The notes under the pieces were generated by a model, which did not search any database, was not told the DNA's origin, and saw nothing but the letters and a program-made list of their open reading frames with translations. 29,323 nt of DNA from a virus (Duplodnaviria; Caudoviricetes). A program made the position numbers and the translations under genes. Positions within the stretch are counted from its first letter, which is position 1, and every line of letters starts with the position of its first letter. Below are positions 18,411 to 26,330 of the stretch, one piece after another. The stretch lies in IMG/VR virus record IMGVR_UViG_3300045980_000043, positions 1-29,323 of that record; one strand, 5' to 3'.

Positions 18411-18916
18411 GCGAGCAGTTGGACGTGACGATCTCCCGGGCGATCCCCGGGAGACCGTCGATGACGCTCAAGCTGATCGGCCAGGACAAGCTCACCGGCG
18501 GCGTCGGCGGGTGGAAGGAGGTCTCGCGGAAGCTCCGCGAGCCCCTCCTGGTGTGGACCGAGCAGCCGCTGCGCGTCTACACCCTCCCGCTGCGCTTCGA
18601 CCGCGCCGACTGGGAGCAGGGAAACGCGACCGTCGAGGGCGAGATCCGGGGCCTGCAGGACTGGGGCGCCGCCGGCCGCCCCAGCTCGGGCGCATACGTC
18701 GACCCCACCCTCGTCACCGTCTCCGGGAACGTCCGCGTGCCCCGGTCGATCCGGTGGGCGATCACCGGGCTCGACTGGGGCGACTTCATCACCGGCCGTG
18801 ACGGGCAGCGCATCCAGCAGGACGTGACCGTCACCCTCACCGAGCGGGCCAACGCGTCCGCGAAGGGCTACGCCGACGCCCTCCGCGAAGCGCTCGGCGA
18901 GGACACCGACATGTGA
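18407..18916 (+). CDS. putative tube initiator/baseplate protein
   Basis: Follows tape measure; W.IT.LDWG...G.RI.Q..TVTLTE motif. Confidence 0.6.
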   Translation: MSEQLDVTISRAIPGRPSMTLKLIGQDKLTGGVGGWKEVSRKLREPLLVWTEQPLRVYTLPLRFDRADWEQGNATVEGEIRGLQDWGAAGRPSSGAYVDPTLVTVSGNVRVPRSIRWAITGLDWGDFITGRDGQRIQQDVTVTLTERANASAKGYADALREALGEDTDM

Positions 18917-18923
18917 CAGGGGG

Positions 18924-19718
18924 GTGAGCGTGAAGGCATCAGAGCTCACCCTCACCACCCCCGCCGGCACGGCTCGCCTCGACCTCGTCGCCGCCGCCGA
19001 GAGCGCCCGCATCCGCACCCGCGTGCTCGGCGCCTCCACCCTCGAAGTCCGCCTGCCCGAGCGGATGCTCACCGCATCCCTCCTCGACGCCCGCACCGCG
19101 GCCGCAGCCGGACGCGACTGGTCCTTCGTCGCGATCCGACGCGAACGGGGCACCGACATCATCCGACTCGTCTACGAGGACCACCTCGTCGCCGCACTCC
19201 GCGCCCAGCGCGGACGGCTTATGTACCAGGTGCCGCTCTCAGCGGCCACCATCATCACCCGCTTCTGCAACGAGGCCGGCGTCCCCGTCGACGTCGACCC
19301 CGTGCTCGGCGAGCAGCTCGTCGAAGGCGCCGGCCGGTCCCTGCTGGAGACCACCGACTCCTGGCGCGAGATCAGCGCGCTCGCCGCCCGACTCGGCGGC
19401 CGCGTCTACTCCGACGGCACGCGGATCATCTTCGCCACCGACGACACCCTCCTCGCCCGCGGCGACGCGGCCCGCGTGACGAGCTCACGCGGGCACGTGC
19501 TCGGCGACATCGGCTTCCAGATCGACATTGCCCAGACCCACGAGCGCGCCGAGTTCGACGTCGCCGCCACCTGGGCTGCTGACGCCGGCACCTCCGTCCA
19601 CCTCACCCGCAGCGGCCCCGCCGACGGTCGATGGCTCGTCGCTGAATGGATCCGCGACGTCCCCCACACCGGCGTTGGACGCGTTCGCCTGACCCGACCC
19701 ACCACGATCGGAGTGTGA
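18924..19718 (+). CDS. putative baseplate hub (gpD/gp27-like)
   Basis: Position; DSWREI..LAARLG, GPADGRWLV motifs. Confidence 0.6.
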   Translation: MSVKASELTLTTPAGTARLDLVAAAESARIRTRVLGASTLEVRLPERMLTASLLDARTAAAAGRDWSFVAIRRERGTDIIRLVYEDHLVAALRAQRGRLMYQVPLSAATIITRFCNEAGVPVDVDPVLGEQLVEGAGRSLLETTDSWREISALAARLGGRVYSDGTRIIFATDDTLLARGDAARVTSSRGHVLGDIGFQIDIAQTHERAEFDVAATWAADAGTSVHLTRSGPADGRWLVAEWIRDVPHTGVGRVRLTRPTTIGV

Positions 19719-19721
19719 CCC

Positions 19722-20906
19722 ATGGCTTGGGAGCCGCTGCCCCTGCCCGTCGATGAGAGCCAGATCATCACGGACATCCTCACCGGCCTCGCCAGCAAGA
19801 TCCCCGGGTGGATGCCCACCGAAGGCGCCCCCGAAGTCGCGCTCGCCGAGGAGATCGGACACCAGCTCGCGGCCGTGAACCGCGCGGCTGTGAACGCGGC
19901 CGACTACGCGGCCGCGGGGGTCGCCGCGGCGTTCGGGTTCGAACCGATCGCGGGGACGAAGGCAGTGCTGCCGGCGGTGACGCTCACCGCCCAACTACCG
20001 CCATCGGTCGGTACGGCCCCGTTCTCGCGGGCCGTGACCGTGCCGGCGGCATTCACCATCGCCGCATCGGGACAGCCGTTCGTGCTGCCGGCGCAGCTGA
20101 CGAAGGTCGCCGCGTTCACGCAGGTCACCGAGGGCGACTTCACCGGGTACTGGCGCGGCGACATCCAAGCCGACTTCGTCGCATACGACGCCGGCGACGA
20201 ATGGAACCTCGGCACCGCCGGCGACGCCGCGTCGATCCAGACCGTGTCGCCGGTGATCATCGCCGCGACCCTCACCGCGGCCGCCACCGGCGGCGAAGGA
20301 CCTGAGACGCTGCAGGCCTTCCTCTCGCGCTTCACCGCGTGGCTGGCGACCCTCAAGCCGGGCGGTGTGCGCGCGGCTGATCTGGCGGCGTTCGCCGCAA
20401 CCGTGCCCGGCGTGCGCCGGGCACTCGCGCTGGACCGCTACGACCCGCAGGCGCCGACGGTGCCCGCTGACCGCACGGTCACGATCATCCCCGTCAACGC
20501 GGCCGGCGGGAACCTCGCCGAGCTCGAAGTCGACCGGCTCCGCTCCGCGCTGGAGCGCATCCGCGAGGTCGGCTTCATCTTCCACATCATCGACCCCGTG
20601 CGCACCGCCGTGTCGGTGGACGTGACCGTGAGTACCGCGCCCACGCACGAGCCCGCTGCGGTGCGCGCGGCCGTTGCCGCGGCGGTCGAGGCCGCGCTGT
20701 CGCCGGCAGCGTGGGGCAGCAGCGGGGACCCGGCCACATGGAAGGAGAACCGCACGCTGCGCGTCCTCGACGTCGCCGTGCTCGTCGCCCCCGTGCCCGG
20801 CGTCGCCGCGATCGGATCGATCACCCTCAACGGCGGCACAGGCGACGTCACCCTCGCCGGCCCCGGCGCCCTCATCACCCCGACCGTCACGGTGACCGCG
20901 TCATGA
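19722..20906 (+). CDS. baseplate J/gp47-like wedge protein
   Basis: EGAPE..LAE, GDEWN, ATGGEGPET, VPGVRRA motifs. Confidence 0.85.
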   Translation: MAWEPLPLPVDESQIITDILTGLASKIPGWMPTEGAPEVALAEEIGHQLAAVNRAAVNAADYAAAGVAAAFGFEPIAGTKAVLPAVTLTAQLPPSVGTAPFSRAVTVPAAFTIAASGQPFVLPAQLTKVAAFTQVTEGDFTGYWRGDIQADFVAYDAGDEWNLGTAGDAASIQTVSPVIIAATLTAAATGGEGPETLQAFLSRFTAWLATLKPGGVRAADLAAFAATVPGVRRALALDRYDPQAPTVPADRTVTIIPVNAAGGNLAELEVDRLRSALERIREVGFIFHIIDPVRTAVSVDVTVSTAPTHEPAAVRAAVAAAVEAALSPAAWGSSGDPATWKENRTLRVLDVAVLVAPVPGVAAIGSITLNGGTGDVTLAGPGALITPTVTVTAS

Positions 20907-21478
20907 GCGTCATCAGCGATCGCGTCATCCGCTCCCTCGGCGCGGGCTTCCGTCGCCACGCGGGGCCCCTGCTGACGCCCATGGTCGAAAGCCTCACCGG
21001 CCCCGTCGTGGAGACGGAGGAACTCACCCGACCGACCGCGGCCGGATGGGCGACGATGTTCGACCTCGATAGCACGATCCCGGTGTGGATCGGGCAGCTC
21101 GTCGGCGTCATCATCGACCCGACGCTCGCCATCGAGGAGCAGCGGGAGATCATCCGCACACGCCCCGCCTGGAGGGCAGGAACGCATGGCGCGCTCATCG
21201 CGTCGCTGCGCACCGCGCTGACCGGGCAGCAGCGTGCACACATCTCCGAGCGAGACCCAGACCCCTGGCACGCGGTCATCAGCGTCTACGAGTCCGACTA
21301 TCGGGCCGGTGTGACCAGAGAAACGATCCGTGAGCTCGCCGAGCGGCACCGCCCAGCTGGCGTCACGTTCGAGTTTGTGTTCGTCCCGCCCGCCGCCTAT
21401 CAGGAAGCCGAGGACACCGCCGGCACCTACGCCGCCGCGGAGGCCACCGCCGGCACCTACGACACAGCCGAGGAGTGA
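20903..21478 (+). CDS. baseplate gpI-like/tail protein
   Basis: ATGA overlap; WIGQLVGV, QREII, RPAGV motifs. Confidence 0.7.
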   Translation: MSVISDRVIRSLGAGFRRHAGPLLTPMVESLTGPVVETEELTRPTAAGWATMFDLDSTIPVWIGQLVGVIIDPTLAIEEQREIIRTRPAWRAGTHGALIASLRTALTGQQRAHISERDPDPWHAVISVYESDYRAGVTRETIRELAERHRPAGVTFEFVFVPPAAYQEAEDTAGTYAAAEATAGTYDTAEE

Positions 21479-21480
21479 CC

Positions 21481-22353
21481 ATGGCGACAGCAACCAGCAA
21501 GGGATTTCCCTTTCCCGAGCCGACCGACCCCGACAAGCCGCGTCTCGACATTGAAGCGCTCGCAAGGCGGCTCAACGAGATTCCCGGCATCCTCTCCGTC
21601 ACCCAGCCCGAGCGAGACACGCTGACGGATATCTGGCCGGGAATGGTCATCTTCAACACTTGGATGGGCCGCCTCGAGATCAACAAGTCCGGCGTCGCAG
21701 GCGACTGGGCATGGCTGATCGATGCGGCCATGCCCGTCCCGATCATGAACGGCGGCACCGGCCGCACGACCGCGCCGTCAATGCTCGTGGATCTTTCCGG
21801 CGTGGCGGCCGCATCGCCGTTCGTAGCCGCGCCCCGTCCCGGCGTAACGGGCATTCTCCCCATCGCCCGCGGTGGTACCGGCGTGACCAGCAACCCGACC
21901 ATGATCGTCGATCTCGGCAGCACTTCCCAGGCCTTCGTGTTCACGGGGCTTCCCCGCCCCGGCGTGACCGGCACCCTGCCGATCGCCCGCGGAGGCACGG
22001 GCCTCCAATCGCCCCCGCTGATACGAGTGGATCTCGGCAGCACCGAGCCCGTCTCCGCCATGCAAGCAGCGCCTCGTCCCGGCGTGCAGGGAGTGCTCCC
22101 CATCACGAACGGCGGCACGGGGCGAAACGTTGCTCCCGCCCTGATCGTCGACCTCGGCAGCACCGCCGCGGCATCCCCGCTCGACGCCGAGCCGCGACCG
22201 GGCGTCGATGGCGTGCTGCCGATCGCCCGAGGCGGCACCAGCGCCACCACCACCGCCGGCGCCCGCGCCCAGCTCGGCGTGCCGTCGAAAGACGAAGTTG
22301 GCGACACGACCACGGACTTCGTCGCCATCTTCGAGACCGCGCTCGCGTCATGA
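21481..22353 (+). CDS. tail fibre with 40-aa LPIARGGTG repeats
   Basis: N-terminal GFPFP...D attachment motif; four full 120-bp repeat units plus a partial fifth. Confidence 0.75.
   Translation: MATATSKGFPFPEPTDPDKPRLDIEALARRLNEIPGILSVTQPERDTLTDIWPGMVIFNTWMGRLEINKSGVAGDWAWLIDAAMPVPIMNGGTGRTTAPSMLVDLSGVAAASPFVAAPRPGVTGILPIARGGTGVTSNPTMIVDLGSTSQAFVFTGLPRPGVTGTLPIARGGTGLQSPPLIRVDLGSTEPVSAMQAAPRPGVQGVLPITNGGTGRNVAPALIVDLGSTAAASPLDAEPRPGVDGVLPIARGGTSATTTAGARAQLGVPSKDEVGDTTTDFVAIFETALAS
21733..22245 (+). repeat. coding tandem repeat, 120-bp period
   Basis: Units xLPIxxGGTGxxxxPxxxVDLxxxxxxxxxxxxPRPGVxG; similar sequence recurs at 21781, 21901, 22021 and 22141. Confidence 0.85.
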
Positions 22354-22592
22354 CGCTCGAAGACCTCGTGCGCCGACGGGCGCCGGCCGTTCCGCTCGCC
22401 CCGACGGACGCGGTCATCACCGCGGTCAGCGAGGCGGGCGTGCTCGCCACCCCGATCGGGCAGTCCTCCGACCACCCCGTAGGCCCCTGCCGCGGGCCCC
22501 GCACGGTCGGAGGGCGGCCGATCGCCCCCGGCGCCCACGTGCTCCTCGTCTTCACTACGTCGGGCCCGTGGATCGTCTCCGTCGACGAATAG
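22350..22592 (+). CDS. small protein, possible minimal OB-fold baseplate spike (gpV/gp5 N-terminal-like)
   Basis: 80 aa, ATGA overlap; AVITAV...GP...PGAHVLLVF...PWI pattern. Confidence 0.5.
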   Translation: MTLEDLVRRRAPAVPLAPTDAVITAVSEAGVLATPIGQSSDHPVGPCRGPRTVGGRPIAPGAHVLLVFTTSGPWIVSVDE

Positions 22593-22601
22593 GAACTGCA
22601 C

Positions 22602-22907
22602 ATGGCCGTCACCCTCCGCCTGCCGCTAGAAGTCGCCCCTGCCGGCGGGCTGCGCACCCTCAGCCAGGACAGCCCCGCCGAGCTCGCCCAGTCCGTCCGC
22701 TCGCTCCTCTCCACCACGGTGGGGGAGCGCGGCGCCCTGCTCGACTACGGCATCATCGACCAGCTCGGATCCGTCGCCGTCGACGCCGGCGACATCGCCC
22801 TCGCGATCGCGGAATGGGAACCCCGCGTCCAGGAGCCCGCCACCAGCACCATCGCCACCACGCTCGCCGACGGAGCCCCCCTGTCGACGATCACCGTGAT
22901 CATCTGA
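22602..22907 (+). CDS. gp25/gpW-like baseplate protein
   Basis: V..LL.T..GER....DYGI and WEPRV motifs. Confidence 0.8.
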   Translation: MAVTLRLPLEVAPAGGLRTLSQDSPAELAQSVRSLLSTTVGERGALLDYGIIDQLGSVAVDAGDIALAIAEWEPRVQEPATSTIATTLADGAPLSTITVII

Positions 22908-22920
22908 AAGGACCCCGGCC

Positions 22921-23529
22921 ATGAGCCTGACAGCCCAGATTTCCGCGCTCGCCGTCCGCGTCGCGGCCGAGTTCAAAGCTCGCCCGGGCCAGCTCTCCGG
23001 CTCCACGGCGGCGCGGAACGCGTACCCATGGTCACGGCTTGGCTTGCAGTGGTTCGACACCGACGAGGACGCGACCTACCGGCACGACGGCACGGCCTGG
23101 CGACTGTGGTCGATGGGACGGAGATCGTTTACGCCGACCCTGCGTGCGGGCGTCGACCTCGGCAACGGCACCCTAACGGGCGCCTGGTGGGTTTCGGGTG
23201 GCGTTGTGCACGCCCGCTACGCCTTCACCGTGGGAAGCACCACTGGAGCACCCACCGGAGCGGTCAGTTTCTCGCTCCCGATCGGCCGCAACGGCGACGT
23301 CGGGAACATGTTCCACGGCTCGTCCTCGTACGTCGACGCATCGAACTCGGATCGCTTCCCCGGCTCCGTCGCGCTGCTCAACGACTTCATCGCGCCCCGC
23401 GTCTTCAGAGCGGCCGGATCAGCCAACGCACGAGAAGTCGCGATCGGACTGGTCAACGGCACGATAACGCCAACCGAGTGGGGCGTCGGCGACGTCCTCT
23501 CCATGTACGTCACCTACCCGACGTCTTGA
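22921..23529 (+). CDS. tail fibre/receptor-binding protein
   Basis: GLQWFDTD...Y..DGTAW motif then beta-rich tip (FTPTL...GNGTL.G, FSLP); codon usage less GC-biased. Confidence 0.65.
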   Translation: MSLTAQISALAVRVAAEFKARPGQLSGSTAARNAYPWSRLGLQWFDTDEDATYRHDGTAWRLWSMGRRSFTPTLRAGVDLGNGTLTGAWWVSGGVVHARYAFTVGSTTGAPTGAVSFSLPIGRNGDVGNMFHGSSSYVDASNSDRFPGSVALLNDFIAPRVFRAAGSANAREVAIGLVNGTITPTEWGVGDVLSMYVTYPTS

Positions 23530-23550
23530 CCCGCGACCCCACACCATCCC

Positions 23551-23582
23551 GAAGCCGTCCCGAGGGGGCGGCTTCTTCCATT
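23551..23582 (+). terminator. intrinsic terminator-like hairpin after the tail module
   Basis: GAAGCCGTCCC-GAG-GGGGCGGCTTC then TTCCATT. Confidence 0.6.
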
Positions 23583-23596
23583 CCCTAGGAGGACGC

Positions 23597-24496
23597 ATGG
23601 TCTATCCCAACGGCGAGGTGCCGCTGCGCCTGCTCGTGAAGGACGGGGAGAACTACTTCTTCCCGAACACGCACCACAAGTGGATCCGGCTCCGAGATGC
23701 GGTGGAGAAGCGCACCGGCGTCCGCCTCTACATCACCCCGCCCGCTCACGGCGGCGCGAACGCCTACCGCGACCTCGCGGGCCAGCATTCACTGCGTGAC
23801 GCGCTGGGCATACAGGCGTCCGTCCCGGGCCGCTCGTCTCACGGAGGCAGGTGGACAGGGCGGACGACGGGTCGCTACGGCCTCCCGGTCACGGTCGTTG
23901 ACCGTGTCTCCGGCGCGATCGACGTCGGCAACTTCTCGGCGGTCCCGTGGGAGGTCTTCGTCGAGGAGGCCGAGGCGGCGGGCTTCCTCGTCGACGTCGT
24001 CGTGCCCAAGGAGCTGTGGCACCTCGTCGACCTCGACCCCTGGGGTGGAAGCCCCGCAACAACCAATCAGGAGGACACCATGCCCACGCCCGAGAACAAG
24101 GCCACCTCTGCGCGACAGAAGCTGTCGAAGGGGAAGTACCACCCGATCCAGCTCCAGCCGAAGGCGGTGCACGAGTTCGCCATGACCGGCGCAGGCGAGC
24201 AGGAGCGCGGAAGCATCGTGCTCGACATCCGTCTCGACGGCGGCCCGAACTCCGGCACGCTGGGCCGCGTGCGCGCGTTCTTCGAGGAGAAGCGCGCCGA
24301 CGGCAGGTGGCATCGCATCAAGACGCGGATGGACATCGAGATCCCCGCCACCACCGGCCGGACGACCTTCCAGTACTCCGACAAGTACAGCTTCGGCGGC
24401 AAGAACCCGACCCGCGCTCGGGTCGAGGTGCAGGCCGACCACGAGGGTGTCTTCATCGTGAACACCGACTACCGCAAGGAGTACTGGAGGCCATGA
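23597..24496 (+). CDS. endolysin, N-terminal M15-like Zn peptidase plus C-terminal domain
   Basis: AYRD..GQ, ASVPGRSSHG, AIDV, ELWH motifs; AGGAGG RBS. Confidence 0.8.
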   Translation: MVYPNGEVPLRLLVKDGENYFFPNTHHKWIRLRDAVEKRTGVRLYITPPAHGGANAYRDLAGQHSLRDALGIQASVPGRSSHGGRWTGRTTGRYGLPVTVVDRVSGAIDVGNFSAVPWEVFVEEAEAAGFLVDVVVPKELWHLVDLDPWGGSPATTNQEDTMPTPENKATSARQKLSKGKYHPIQLQPKAVHEFAMTGAGEQERGSIVLDIRLDGGPNSGTLGRVRAFFEEKRADGRWHRIKTRMDIEIPATTGRTTFQYSDKYSFGGKNPTRARVEVQADHEGVFIVNTDYRKEYWRP

Positions 24497-25053
24497 GCTT
24501 CATCGGCAAGCTCCGCGGGGGCGCGTCGGTCTCCCTCGGTCCGCAGCAGTTGTCCTGGGCGCGCCTGGTCGCCCAGGAGGCCGCGCGGGTCACGGGCGGG
24601 CACCGGGGTGCGCTGATCGCCGCGCTGATCACCGTGGGTGTCGAGACGGGCTTCCGGATGTACGCGAACCGCGGCAACCCCCGGTCGCTGCAGCTCCCGC
24701 ACGACGCGGTTGGCCAGGACCACGACTCGGTCGGCTTGTTCCAGCAGCGCCCCGCTTCCGGCTGGGGGACGACGGACCAGCTCATGACCGTGGCCTACTC
24801 GACGCGTGCGTTCCTCGGCGGCGCCCACGGCCCCAACCAGGGCGACCCGCGCGGCCTGCTCGACATCCCCGGGTGGGAGACCATGCCGCTGGGCCGGGCC
24901 GCGCAGGCCGTGCAGGTGTCCGCGTTCCCCGACCGGTACGAGCAGTGGGTGCCCGTCGCCGAAGCACTCGTCGACCGCTTCGGGATCCTGCGACGGGTGG
25001 ATGATGATCCGCCGCCGCGGCACGAGTTCCGGTCGTGGCCGGGAGGTGGATGA
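24493..25053 (+). CDS. stand-alone lysozyme-like/lytic transglycosylase-like protein
   Basis: VETG, DHDSVGLFQQRP..GWG, AAQAVQVSAFPDRY motifs; ATGA overlap. Confidence 0.7.
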   Translation: MSFIGKLRGGASVSLGPQQLSWARLVAQEAARVTGGHRGALIAALITVGVETGFRMYANRGNPRSLQLPHDAVGQDHDSVGLFQQRPASGWGTTDQLMTVAYSTRAFLGGAHGPNQGDPRGLLDIPGWETMPLGRAAQAVQVSAFPDRYEQWVPVAEALVDRFGILRRVDDDPPPRHEFRSWPGGG

Positions 25054-25481
25054 TGCGCCGGCTGAAGCGGATGTGGGAGGCGATCAAGGAGCCTCGGCAC
25101 CTGAAGATCGCCTACCTCGTGATCTACGGTGTCACCATCGCGATCGGAGTCGCCACCCTCGTGCGTCCCCCGCAGTCGATCGAGGGTCCGCTCGGATCGT
25201 TCTCCACGATGCTCTGGGCGGCCCTGTTCGTCTTCGGCGGAGCAGTCGGGATGGTCACCGTGCTGCCCGGTTGGTGGTGGGCCGAGAGGCTCCTCGCGAT
25301 CGCGCCGGTGTTCATCGGGCTGGCGATCTATCTCGCCGTGGTGATCATCCTCCACGTCCAGGGCCTCGAATCGGGCGCGTCCCGGCTGACGCAGATCGGG
25401 ATCATCGTGCTCGCCTCGGGCCCGTTCACCCTCCGCGGCTTGCTGATCCGGGAGTACAGCTACGAACCGCGGCGGGGGTGA
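25050..25481 (+). CDS. membrane protein with about 4 TM segments (lysis cassette)
   Basis: Four hydrophobic stretches; GGAGG RBS. Confidence 0.75.
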   Translation: MMRRLKRMWEAIKEPRHLKIAYLVIYGVTIAIGVATLVRPPQSIEGPLGSFSTMLWAALFVFGGAVGMVTVLPGWWWAERLLAIAPVFIGLAIYLAVVIILHVQGLESGASRLTQIGIIVLASGPFTLRGLLIREYSYEPRRG

Positions 25482-25484
25482 GAG

Positions 25485-25781
25485 ATGGACGCCGCGACAG
25501 TCGCCTCCCTGATAGGCGCCGCTGGGGGCGGGGCGATCCTCCTCGAGCTCACCAAGCGTCTCCTCGACGCTCTCACAGGCCGCGGCCTCAAGCGGCGAGA
25601 CGAGGTGGACCGGGCATGGTCTCGCGCCGACCGTGAGGCCCGCAACCGACGCATCGCGGAAGAGCATGCCTCACGCCTGCGCCGCATGCTGATCGCCGCG
25701 CCGTGCGTCGCCCCGGAAGAGATCCCCGACTACCCGACCTACGGGCACACCAGCCCGACACCGACCACGAAGGAGTCCTGA
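25485..25781 (+). CDS. single-TM protein with charged coiled-coil tail (lysis cassette)
   Basis: Hydrophobic N-terminus with GAAGGG, then R/E-rich helix. Confidence 0.7.
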   Translation: MDAATVASLIGAAGGGAILLELTKRLLDALTGRGLKRRDEVDRAWSRADREARNRRIAEEHASRLRRMLIAAPCVAPEEIPDYPTYGHTSPTPTTKES

Positions 25782-26080
25782 TGGACATCACCCTCCCCAC
25801 CATTCCCGCCGGCGTGCTCGTGCTGCTCGGCATCGTCTCGCCTTGGGCGCAGGCGCTGCTGCAGCGTTTCATCGACGTCAGCCCGCTCCTCAAGAAGACC
25901 ATCTCGGTCGCACTCAGCCTCCTGCTCACCGCGATCGTGCTCGCCTTCTACTACGTCTACACCGGCGACGTCGTCCCCGAGTGGCCCGTCCTCGTGCTGC
26001 TGACCATAGTCGTCGCGCAGGCCTCCTACGCGCTCATCGCACGCGATGCCGGCGCGAAGGCCATCGAGCAGCGCGAGTAG
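25781..26080 (+). CDS. putative holin (about 3 TM)
   Basis: AAGGAG RBS, TGATG coupling; three hydrophobic segments, charged C-terminus. Confidence 0.7.
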   Translation: MDITLPTIPAGVLVLLGIVSPWAQALLQRFIDVSPLLKKTISVALSLLLTAIVLAFYYVYTGDVVPEWPVLVLLTIVVAQASYALIARDAGAKAIEQRE

Positions 26081-26095
26081 GCTCCGCCCCCACAT

Positions 26096-26167
26096 GCCGC
26101 CCCTCCTGGGTGAGCTTCCGACGCCATTATGGCGGCGAGCTCCCCGGGAGGGGCGGTTTCGTCGTGC
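26096..26167. terminator. long hairpin, probable bidirectional terminator between lysis operon and convergent cassette
   Basis: GCCGCCCCTCCTGGG...GAGCT...CGCCA-TTA-TGGCG...GAGCTC...CCCGGGAGGGGCGGT then TTCGTCGT. Confidence 0.7.
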
Positions 26168-26184
26168 ACGCGCGTGACGACGGT

Positions 26185-26330
26185 GGGGTCATCCCCGCAG
26201 AGGCGGGGAGCTGGCCTGTGTGCAACGGAACCGAAAGCCACACTCGGATCATCCCCGCGGGGCGGGGAGTCATTCGTGCTGTAGACAGATCCCGAGAACA
26301 GTGGATCATCCCCGCAGGGGCGGGGCTATG
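26185..26330 (-). CRISPR. orphan mini-array of three degenerate type I-E-like repeats with two spacers (about 31 and 29 nt)
   Basis: Plus-strand copies GGGGTCATCCCCGCAGAGGCGGGGAGCTG (26185-26213), CGGATCATCCCCGCGGGGCGGGGAGTCA (26245-26272), TGGATCATCCCCGCAGGGGCGGGGCTATG (26302-26330); minus strand reads CCCCGC-loop-GCGGGG then ATGA(T/C)CCN, as in actinobacterial I-E repeats. Confidence 0.8.

Noticed and set aside
21408-21465. 30-bp tandem duplication encoding AEDTAGTY/AEATAGTY
   Set aside because: Two-copy coding repeat at a baseplate protein C-terminus; no sign of a separate function
21733-23529. Diversity-generating retroelement or invertible fibre system
   Set aside because: No reverse transcriptase, invertase or adenine-specific TR/VR pair seen; the repeats are ordinary coding repeats
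26214-26301. Self-targeting of spacers within the window
   Set aside because: Only 6-7-nt coincidences found by eye (e.g. TTGCACA at 27474); not significant without a computed search
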